In this document: piece after piece, positions 11,620 through 22,283 of the stretch
How the letters are laid out: each line of letters starts with the position of its first letter
How positions within the stretch are numbered: the first letter of the stretch is position 1
DNA from: Gonapodya sp. JEL0774
Taxonomy: Eukaryota
DNA: 53,620 bases
Assembly: GCA_027604505.1 (NCBI GenBank)
Contig: JADIIX010000148.1
Coordinates: 1-53,620 of the forward strand
Reading direction: 5' to 3'
Notes under the pieces: model-generated
Told to the model about the DNA's origin: nothing
The model's input: only the letters and a program-made list of their open reading frames with translations
Database searches by the model: none
Program-made: the position numbers and the translations under genes

Positions 11620-14237
11620 TTAACTGACAATGACATTCGGGAACCCTGGAAACAATATGTTAAAAAGAAGATGCGTGAATCGACTATTTTACTCACAAGT
11701 CATGCATTTCCTGACGCGTCCAAAACCGACAAACAATTAAAGGGGTTCTCGTTCATAAACGAAGACTCATCAACGTCAACGTTCTGAACTCAACTCACCA
11801 CGCCGCCCAATCTGACACGTCCTGCGCGGTCATAGTTGTCCCCGACTTGAAGGATTGGTAGATCGTATCGCAGCTGCGAACGGCACCGATTCCACTTGGG
11901 AACCCTAGTATCCGAAGATTAAAAAGCGCGGATTACAAAACGGGTAACGCTTTCTGAGACCCATCTCTATAGAGCGGACTGATTCGGACTTACAAGTTGC
12001 GCAACCCCTTCAAATATACGAGACAAACCATCATTGCCGTGGGAAGTATTCGAGTGAGAGGATGTGGTTTCGTTTCTATAATTGAGCACTGTCATCCTCA
12101 CCAAGAGTCCCAGTCCAGATGGTCTTGTGCAGTGACAGTCGCACCACTTGTATATGCCGAGTAGATCACATCGCACGTGCGTGACTTGCCAATGCCGTTG
12201 GGAAACCCTTCGAATGCATGCAAATATCAAGTTGAAGAGTTCGTGAGCAATCGGAAAGCGGAGTTGGGGGCATCGCTCTCAATCCAGCGATCGACTTATC
12301 GGTTTTGCATGACCTACAGCCCAAGTAGCGAATGGGATTTCATCGTATTTTGAGTGAAGTCTTCCTCAATATTACACAACCATCCAACGCTGCCGAGATT
12401 GGACTCACCAAGCTTCCCAATCCTGATAATCCGAAACCGTCACCGCACCCACACCGCCCGCGATGTATGCTGCGTAGATGCTATCACAAGTACGTTGCAC
12501 CGTTGTGGGAGTTTGAACACCTGCGACGGGAGTCAAGGTTGCGGAGGTGGAATCTTGAGCTGATTCCGCGGCCAAGTTATTTGGGAGAACCGCTGTGCTT
12601 GTGAGTGTCGGGATTCCAGATGAGATGGTATTCGTGCGCGTAGTAATGGTCTTCAGCTTCTTGGTTTTGGTGGTCTTGACGGGTTTGGGTCTGGTGGTTA
12701 CGACCGAGTCCAAGAGTGTTGATTGGACTTGAGGTAGCGCAGCGTTTGTAGGTGTGGAAAGGAATGATGGTGCTATTGTAGTCGTTTTTGGAAGAGAAGG
12801 GACTGTCGTCGTACTGGAGGGTAGTGCGGGGACAGTCGTCGTACTCCTAGGTGGTGCAATTGTTTTTGTGGTCGTTGGTGGTTGTGGTGGAGTCACGGTG
12901 GTTGTCAGACGTGCTGGTACCGTTGTGGTGGTTGTCACGCGTGCTGCTATGGCAGTGGAACTTGTACTTGTCATGACCGGCAACCCTGTATCGGCGGCAA
13001 ACGAAATTCCTGCCGCTTTCATAGGGTTCGCGTACTGTGCTGGGTCTGTTACGTCACCCGACACTCCCGTGGGCGGAATGTGCAAGAAAGTGAGCCACGA
13101 CACGCCCTGCTGTTCCATGAATTTGGTGAGCGTCGTGTCTTGGCCGCCGTTGGGAGAGGTGGGGCTGGTAGCCGACGCAAATTCGGTGAGAACGACGTTG
13201 TAACCAGCTTTGATGAGAGCTGCAGCAGCGTCGGAGGCACCTTGAGCTCCCCAGTATCCTAATTTGGAGAAAGGCAAGGTGACGTGGGTTTCGATCGGAC
13301 AGTATCTCACTGCCGTGACATCACCACAGCATCGTGACCTCACCATGAATTGCCACTGCCTCATTGGTAAAAATGTGAGTTGCATTGTTGAAGACCAGTG
13401 TCTTGAATGCTTGAAGATCCTGGACTGCTCCTGCCGCGCTGGATCCACCTCCGATACTTGCGTACGTCATGAGGAGCACCGGAGTACTTGGAGCCTCGGA
13501 GCGGATAATCTTGTAGCAATCGGCCATCATGTTGATTGCGCCAGGAGATTGAGTCGAGGTGCTGTACGGTGGACCCCACTGGACGGGCTCGTTGTGGATT
13601 TCGAAGAGAACGTGAGTCTCAGCAGCGTATCGTTTGGCGTAGAAGGACCAGAAGTCGCGAGCATATTGAAGGCTAAACTTTCCATTGTTCGCACTGTTAG
13701 CTATGAAGCCGATATTTGTGAAGGTGTCACGGAGGGGAATTGGGGTGGGCAACAGCCAACATTATGCAGGAAGACCAATGCAGACATGAAAAAACCAATA
13801 CGAGCAAATCATAGACCATTAAAAAACGAAGGAGAACTTCTTAATGCTCATTGTCCGCTTGTCAGCGACTCTTGCACGTACTTACCCAACACAATGACGA
13901 CATACATGTTTGCCGCCTTGGTGCTGGCTACGATACTGTCAACCCTGCTTGCAGCATACCCTGGCTTGTTCCCCGTTCCAGCGGGGTAGTTCGGATCGAA
14001 TGTCTCCGCGTACAGGTGCACCGCATTGAAGTTGTAGGTGAGCATGTTGGCGATCTGAGCAGCAGGGACCGCGGGCGTCCATTCTGTGGAGGTGAAGGGA
14101 CCTCGCAGTGGTACGCCGGTGTCAGAGACGAAAGTCTTGCCGTTGAGCCTTGGACGGCCGCGATCGGCATACACCGACGGTGAGGGGACTACGAGTGCCA
14201 CAATCGCGGCGATGGGGAGCCAAGTGAGGAGCTTCAT
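11620..14237 (-). CDS. GH5 subfamily 34 arabinoxylanase, copy A, with Thr/Pro linker and three C-terminal Trp/Cys repeats
   Basis: Signal peptide MKLLTWLPIAAIVALVVPSPSVYA, then RGRPRLNGKTFVSDTGVPLRGPFTSTEW, NAVHLYAE, ANNG, HVLFEIHNEP (acid/base Glu), HGY, VLTEF (nucleophile Glu), VSWLTFLHIPPTGVS. These are collinear with Clostridium thermocellum CtXyl5A as I recall it. Repeat exons: ..-12409, 12313-12300, 12207-12102, 12007-11994, 11904-11799, 11710-11697, 11645-11620 (TAA). One splice donor is non-canonical (see findings). Confidence 0.9.
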
Positions 14238-15380
14238 GGCGACGGCCCCACGTTTGCGGCGAGAAGCAACTGAGGTGAGAACCGTGATGGATCGATTGCT
14301 CATAAGCCACCAGGAACGGGACCCTTGTGCATTGTAAAGGGATGTACCTCGGGAAAACTAAGTTTGGTGTCCTCACTCTTGGCTCCGCTGGCTAATGTGG
14401 GGTAAACAGCATAAACAACAAGGGGTAAAACAGTCCGAGCACTATCTGAAAACCATGTACTTTTGCTACACTTACCACAATCTCTGTGGAGGGACCGGGA
14501 GCATGAGATCACGGTGCCGGCACGCGGTGTGGCTCGAGTGCGGCAAGGCGAGCGCCGTATGGTACACTACATATATGTATATGGTATGTTGCCTGGTTTT
14601 GTAAGCTGACAGTGGAAAATGCTGTAAAGTGCTGTGATGGGACTCGTGTTTAATACTTGGCACGGCTATTCTCCGTTTCTCTGTCTGATTTCCACAATGC
14701 TCCCATAACGCTCTTTGACGCACACAACAAAACATTATGAGCGATGTCTTGTTAGCGCTAAAAAGACAACCCTACCTCACGTAAACCCCCGAAAGTTCGG
14801 TCCGCGCAGGTAACCGTTGAAGCGCAACCTGGAGCGGGCAAAATAATGGTCAAATCAGTTTGCCGGATACCCGCTCAGTCAGTACCCACAGACTTCTTAG
14901 CCTGGACTGCCGGCTGGATGTTGTTCGCCCGTCTTATCCCCAGATTCGAAACTTGTTTGCTTTTGTTTACTTCCCGCGGTAGCAGGACTCTTTTAAGCCA
15001 AGTATACGCCCATGATAACACATGTTTGTATTGGTGGCAACCATTTGCAATCTGATGCAACCTAGAAAGCGTTGGCAATGTTTACATGGAAGTACCTGAT
15101 CACCACCCACTGTCTCCCGCTCCGCAACATTGCATAATAACCAGCATAACCAGCTCCCCCATGATAAACCTACATTAGATGTGTCTTTAAGCTGTGATTG
15201 AATGCCGACATCATTCGACGCAGTCTGTTATACATGCATGCGCCGGATTCTTGGAGAGGTAAACTTTGGAACCCGCCGATTTGTCATCTTCCGACATCCT
15301 CCGTTTTTGCTCCCTGACATAATCGCCGTCAAGATCGTCACAATAAAAGCCCACCCCAACATGTGATTGCCATCGTAACG
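14238..15380. promoter_or_regulatory. divergent intergenic region shared by the two GH5 genes; probable bidirectional promoter
   Basis: About 1.14 kb between two oppositely oriented start codons, with no credible ORF. Confidence 0.5.
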
Positions 15381-16554
15381 ATGTCCGTTCGCCTTTCACC
15401 TCTTTCAAAAGTCCTCCTGACAGTCTCGATCGCGATTGCTTTGTTGGTTGCCGGACCGACAGAGGGAGCCCGCGGTCGTCCCAAACTCAATGGCAAGACC
15501 TTCGTCTCTGACACCGGTGTACCATTGCGTGGACCTTTCACCTCCACCGAATGGACTGCCGCAGTTCCGGCGGCTCAGATCGCCAACATGAAGAACTACA
15601 ACTTCAACGCCGTGCACCTGTACGCGGAGACCTTCGATCCCAAATATCCCGGAGCTGGAACCGTGAACAAGCCGGGATACGCCGCGAGTCGGGTGGACAG
15701 TATTGTGGCTAGCACCAAAGCGGCGAACATGTATGTCGTGATTGTTCTGGGTGAGTGATGGAGCTCATTCAATTGTTCCCACTCGAAACTCTTTAATGAT
15801 GGATTTCCCATTTCACTTCAGCCAACGGCGCCAACAACGGAAAGTACAACCTCCAATACGCCCGTGACTTCTGGTCCTTCTACGCCAAACGATACGCTGC
15901 TGAGACTCACGTTCTCTTCGAAATCCACAACGAGCCCGTCCAGTGGGGTCCACCGTACAGCACCTCGACGCAATCTCCTGGTGCAATCAACATGATGGCC
16001 GATTGCTACAAGATTATCCGCTCCGAGGCTCCAAGTACTCCGGTACTTCTCATGACCTATGCCAGCATCGGGGGTGGAACGAGTGCAGCTGGTGCCGTTG
16101 CAGACCTCAAGACCTTCAAGACCTTAGCTTTTGGCAATGCGAACCAAGTTTTTACAAATGAGGCAGTCGCAATTCATGGTGAGTGCTGTCGAGGGGAGCG
16201 ACGTCTTGAAGGACGTGATTATACCTTTCGAAACTCATTTACTATGAATTCTCCTACTACGCACTCTTATTAGGATATTGGGGCGCTCAAGGTGCCTCCG
16301 ACGCCGCCGCGGCTCTCATCAAAGCTGGTTACAACGTCGTTCTCACCGAATTTGCCGCGGCTACCAGCCCCACCTCTCCCAACGGCGGCCAAGACACGAC
16401 GCTCACCAAATTCATGGAACAGCAGGGCGTGTCGTGGCTCACTTTCTTGCACATTCCTCCCACGGGAGTGTCGGGGGACGTAACAGACCCAGCACAGTAC
16501 GCGACCCCCATGAAGGCGGCAGGTATCTCGTGGAAGGCTGACCCTGGTCTGTAG
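15381..16554 (+). CDS. GH5 subfamily 34 arabinoxylanase, copy B, catalytic domain only
   Basis: Signal peptide MSVRLSPLSKVLLTVSIAIALLVAGPTEGA. Three exons (introns at about 15751-15821 and 16179-16273, the same codon positions as copy A). Same motifs EIHNEP and TEF; ends GISWKADPGL* at TAG 16552-16554. Confidence 0.92.
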
Positions 16555-16744
16555 TACGGGACACGCACCTGGGAGGAGAGAAATGTTGTGTAGTCAGAGT
16601 CTCGGCGTTGATCGTCGATAATATATTTACCCCCTCACTTGAGTTTCAGATGGCCTCTTGGAATCTGATGCCAAATATTGCACCGCGCAAATGACCTATA
16701 TTTGGAGAATTCAAAGTGCTTCCAAAAACGATAAACTAATATGC

Positions 16745-19477
16745 CTACGACGAAAGCTCCGCTCGAATAATTCCCAAGCTCGTATCAACTACCTCCACCC
16801 CAATATTTCGATCAGCATCATCGGAGGTAGCATCCCCCAGAGTCATTACGACTGCATTCTCAAGTTCATTCCCATTATGCAAGGGATATGAGGGCGACCT
16901 TGTCCCCTTAGTCACAGCGAACATTTTCCAAATGACAGAAGCAGAACTGTCCGCCACCCAATCAACCAACGGATCCCCAACCTCCGGGAAAAGTTCCGGC
17001 TCAACGATACTGTCATACAGGCGCTGAATCAGACGAGCCGCCGCTGCGAAGAGTCCAATTGTTCAATCAGCTCTGGGGAAGAGGCTCTCATCAAAATTAT
17101 GGTGCAGCTCACCAGTAGCCCTCACCACCTTGAACGACCTTATTGCTTCAGTAACGGTATCTACTTGCGCACGAGTTTGCTCGAGGAGCTGTAAAATAGC
17201 ATGATCAAGCTCTGTCACAGGAAGACTTCGTTCCGGACGGGAGTACAGCGTCGGATGGCCGCGAAGACTTTCCTTCAATGCGAGTAGCAAGGGGATGAAG
17301 GCGATACCAACTTATATAATAATAGAAATACAAAATTAAGAAAAGACACTTCTGCAATCCTTTTGCACAACTCACCAAGGAAACCCCAACCGTAGAATGA
17401 AGTCTGGCTCAACTCGTCCTGCCCGTGGAGGACAGTAAACTCATTCAGTGCCGAGATTGCAGTCGTCACATGTTCTAGACACAAGACAAATGCTGGACTT
17501 GCAATCCACGCTTTGATGAATCGAGGTGCTTCTCGATAAGGAATCCTCTCGAACTGGGCCGATGTCTGGGTCTGTGTAAAGACCAACGAGGAGCCAGCTG
17601 TATTCCAGAATCCGCAGACACAATGGTATTGAATGAAGAGCGAGTATGCCCATGGTGTTTGAACAATTATTGAAGGAGGCCCACTCGAAGAAGTTGTTGG
17701 TGAATCGTGAGGGAGGCCAAGCACAGCTAAGAACCGTCCATACCATGTCCGAAGGACACGTGCAACCTCCGTGTACGCCTGGTGTGATGGGTTTCTGCGC
17801 TGGAAACATTCGCGGGGTTCAATTTGGAACCGCAAGTTTCCATTAGTTCAAAGAACAAACGATACGCACATATTCCAAAACCAATCCAAAGCAGTGAACG
17901 TTCAATGCGACGGACAACGACAAGACTCCCACCGAACCCCATCTGGTTGTTTCGAGTGGCCATGACGTGGTATCAAAGAAGAGATGAGCAGAAGGTTCTA
18001 TGAGGGGCACCTGACTATCAAGAATGATAGAAGTAGATTTTGCGATGTCGAAATTGGATGACCATAGAAATTCGTGACATGGACTAATGTTGGGAGTGTT
18101 AGCACCTCTATGGGATCAACAGCCCCTCATGCAGTTCACTCGTAAACGGAACGACTCACAGAGGCAACAAGTCCAATTCTGCATTCGGCAGGCGGCATGG
18201 TCGCAGAATTCCGGCAGAAATCATCCGTTCAAAGTAGGATACGTACCAAATCGTACGTCGGCGTTCTTCTTCTTCAATCCAGTCATGGCTTCCAAACAAT
18301 GAGCTCTGCGCCGGCTTGAATACGGCAGCGTCTGCGGAAGCAAGCATGGTGCGTGAAGTGGTAGTACATTCAGAGAGAATGGATTCGATCGGGTCGAGAT
18401 AAACTTCAGGTACGACGAGAAGCAACGTGTGGAACAGAGTATGCAAGGAATCGAGGTTGGGAAGAGAGGCACGAAGCTGTGGAATAGCTCTAGCTAGTCG
18501 TTTTCGAAGTGAGTGTTTGTGTTGTGAGCGAAAGGAGGGTGAAGGGTGGTAGCGGCAGCCGAGATTGAGCATACTGGATTCCGAACGCCAGGTGAACTGA
18601 GTGTACAACATTTTGGTATCCAAACTAACAGGAATAGGCCGTACCTCAAAACTAAGAGTTTATTGCTCGCCCGCCCTGCAGTGAAGAACCGTTCTTTGTG
18701 AAGGATCGGGAATGTGGGTGAGATCTCAATAAAGTATAGATTGAGGAGCTCGTTGCACTCAAAAACGTCGGGTAGGGGAGGAAGGTCGTGATTACTGTCA
18801 AGTGTTCGAATGGCGAGTGGACTCGGTTGATGGTGTGCAAATATCTGATTTGGGCTCGCGTAGGCAAAGTAAAGGAGAGTTTCGAGTGGCAGAGTATCAC
18901 CCCCGGGCAAGCTACCAAGCCCGATGCGCTTCTCCCAACCATGGCGTGACAACTCAATGGGGAACTCGTTGCCGTCCTGGAATATCTGCGCAGGACTCTG
19001 ACCCCAATGAAAATCAGGTGGCTCCAACGATCCCGCTGAGTTTGCCTGACTATCGAGATCCTCGTCAGTTCCCTCACGATCCGATACAAATCCCGTTGAC
19101 TCATAGATACTAAGAGGTTTGTGTGAGGAGTTTGGAGTATTTATCAGAGTGAGAAGACCAAGTCCATGTTCGAGAGTCTCAGGATCCCGGGAAAAATATG
19201 AGGCGTCTTGAGGAAGAAAGTCTATATTGATATTCCGATCCCGTGTTTCTGCTTTCTGGTACTGGGGAGCCGATGTCATATTCAGTTGATGTCGAGCGTG
19301 AGTGTTTCGGAGTCGCTTCCGCGGCTTGGGCGGGGGCAGCGACTGGCCGATTGGGTCGTTGTCATTCTTGGGATGTACGCCGAGTAGATGTTCTAGTCTT
19401 GCTATGCGGTCAGTTGCTCTGTTGGAATCAATATCCAATTGCGAGTCAATGTAGCACAGATTCTGGTTTGGATCCAT
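16745..19477 (-). CDS. fungal-specific transcription factor domain protein (middle homology region of Zn2Cys6-type factors); 5' end unresolved
   Basis: Motifs LPDVFECNELLNLYFIEISPTFPILHKERF and DWIEEEERRRTIWYVSYFERMISAGILRPCRLP, plus coiled-coil-like DRIARLEHLLG. Same-strand ORFs 18494-19477, 18156-18623, 17275-17835, 17063-17290, 16745-16969. I could not assemble an intact Zn2Cys6 cluster upstream. Confidence 0.75.
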
Positions 19478-20187
19478 AATGTCTCACCGTTCCTGTTTGT
19501 GATGTCTTATTCGACGCCGTTCCGTGGGTCTTTCGTGGTTTTCGGTCATTGTATAGTTCTGTTTCTGTTTCGATTTGTGTTCTGTTGGCTGCAATTTCGA
19601 TTCTTCCACCCCTGAGGAATAGGTACAGCGGCATGCTCATCTCAGCAGGTCTGCGCAAGCAGCACAAAAAGTCATGTAGCACATACGAATAAAACAATTC
19701 TTTATTGAAATAAGCAGTCAAAGCACAATTTGCCATATCGATGATGGAGACCTCCGGGTGAACACGCAGCTTGGGGGTCTCTAGTTGTCTCCCGTACTCA
19801 AACATCAGAGGACATATTGGAGCTTTGATATGCCGATTCGAGGCCAAGATTAGCTCCGCAGCAACTTGCTATATGAATTCTAGTTGCATGCGCCACCTCA
19901 TGCCTGCTTGTCGTGATTTTGCCATAAGCGATGGCAGTTAGCAATCCGTATAACTCCTCTATTATGAGTGTTTATCTATTGCAATCAAATGTGAAAACGC
20001 CAGAATCTATACCAAGTGCATTCACTGCGCACTTCAACCGACAAAAGAGGTTAACAGCTTTCCCGCGAGTGTTCGTATCTACATTGTCACCGCAGACCGT
20101 CCGGGCCCACTGATATCATGTTAATAGTCAATTAATCCGGCCTGCGGATTATCGCTTCTAGATCTTGATGTCTCCTGGACTTTCGCA

Positions 20188-21362
20188 TTAGTTGGCATGG
20201 CAGACATGAACAGGTTGGGACCAAGACGAGGTCCGCGGTGGAGGATTGACGATAAGTTGCGGCTGAGGTTTCGTGCAGTCATCCAGTGGCTGAGATTGTG
20301 GGAATTGCAGTTGGTGTTCAATTGTTGGTGGAGAAGTAAAGTGGGACCCACACACTCCGCAAGGAATTGCTGACGCAGCTGAGGATGATCGCACATTAGA
20401 GATAGTGTTTCCAAAAGGTGGACACGGCAGGGGACGTGGAATGAGACAAGTCTGTGGGGGCGGCACAGATCGACAACGTCCAAGGGAAGCTGTGCGTCCA
20501 AACTCTTCTGCAAAGTACCTCCGTGGCGGAACTTGCGACCTTTCCAAGTTGTCAGGTGAGACAACTTTCCGAGGTCCGGTGTCACTTTGAGCACGGCGAT
20601 GGGACTCAATGGTAAAACGGCGAGCTGAAGTACCAAGAGCGAAACTATTCAAGTTCGCAGGATGAACTGTCGCTATGGTAGTTCGGTCTAGCTCGTTCAA
20701 GGTGGTGACGTCCGTCTCAACGCGAGCTAAGGTCACACTTGTCATAGAGCGGAAATTTCGAGTCGTGATAGTGTCTGATGACGAAGTCGTGGATGAGGAT
20801 GACGCGCGGTGATGTGAGCGTCCCACAGAGTTCTTGTGGTGGTGTGATGCCAACGATGAGGGACTTTTCCCGTCCTTGGATTGTGGAATTTGCGCAGCTG
20901 GCGGTAGCTGACTCTTGTGGGTGTCAGGCTCGGATAGTGAACTGGATCCGGATGTGACAGAATTGACGAGGGTAAGGGAACTGACAGGTGTATACGGGAT
21001 GTCCTCGTCGGAGTCGGAGGAGATGAAGGTGACCTGATTTTCCGACGACAACAGTGGGCGTTTTAGGCTTAAAAATCTGGGGAGAGTGGTCACGACGGGT
21101 GTGTGTGGGCTCATGGATGATGCTTGTGCTAACGGCGGGTTTCCTACATTGAAGGCCGTCTTGAAAGAGTTTAGGAGTCGGAAAAGAAAGCTCAACTCCA
21201 CTCACGTATTTCGGAGCATATCCATCTGTCACCATCCTCTCCCTTGTGTTCCCTATTCCTGGGCGGACCTCTTGAAACGGTGACCATGATGTTTTCCTCC
21301 GGAATGCCGATATCGTCCCTTGCAGCGCGCCGTTTGACTTTCGACAAGAAATCTCCAATCAT
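20188..21362 (-). CDS. Ser/Pro-rich low-complexity hypothetical protein
   Basis: ATG at 21362; an intron at about 21205-21123 joins it in frame to the long ORF 20188-21201. Disordered composition, no recognisable domain. Confidence 0.55.
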
Positions 21363-22283
21363 GATACAGTGCGAGACAAGGAAGGTCGGGAAGACAGAGA
21401 GGGAAGCGTGCAAGCACGATCGATGTTTGTCCACTTTACTCTGTGGAGATTCGGTGCAACGAGCGCACGATGGTTCAGCGGCTTGCTCATTTCGTCAGCT
21501 TTGAGAAAAACTCGATGTGGATCCTCTGGATCCTGATAATAATGAACTGGCCGAGAACCAAATACATTGCGCCCCCAGACAATCCAACCTCCGCGATCCG
21601 CTGCCTAGTCAGAGTAGCGTCTCGCACTCCATTGCATTTTTTCAGGTCAAAGTAATTTCGCGCCAATTGCAGTGACTCTTTCCCGATTCCATCCGGCATG
21701 TTCAACGTGAAACTGTGATATTCATTCCGATGGAAGTGAAGCCACAGCACCGCCCTCAGGAAGCCACAAAAGCCAAATCTTCCCAAGCGCGAAGTTCAAT
21801 GTTTCGTATATTGAGCAACGACAGATATAACCTGTGATAGTGGCTGGCTCCTTGTTTGATGTTGTTGCTTCAAAGGTGACATTCCAAAGAATACTCTATC
21901 ACTTCACCAAAACTGGCTTCTGTTGGATCACTGAAAGTACTGCGATATTACAAATAGTGAACTACTAAACAACTTTGCAGGAATTACAGGAAAGGGGAAG
22001 TCAAATGGGAGAGTAAATGCAGGTCTATGTCTACAGAATGTTCCACTCTTGCAAATCGATTGTAAAAGAAAGGGAAGACTTTTTCAAAGCAAAGAGCATC
22101 TTGTCACGCATTGTCCCAAGAACCGTACGTCGTCCACCCGCCGTTTTGGGATGCAGGAGGAGTCGAGCTGATTGTCCCCATTCAAGCACGACTGATTCCC
22201 AACAGTCTCACAACTTCAATCATTCCACACACAGCTCTCCGTGCTTTCTCACCACTTCCGTTTACATCCTCCTTCGAGATGCT

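Noticed and set aside
14388..14403. GGCTAA (XlnR-like) next to GTGGGG (CreA-like) upstream of GH5 copy A
   Set aside because: Six-base motifs occur by chance, and XlnR is characterised in ascomycetes; not supportable here.
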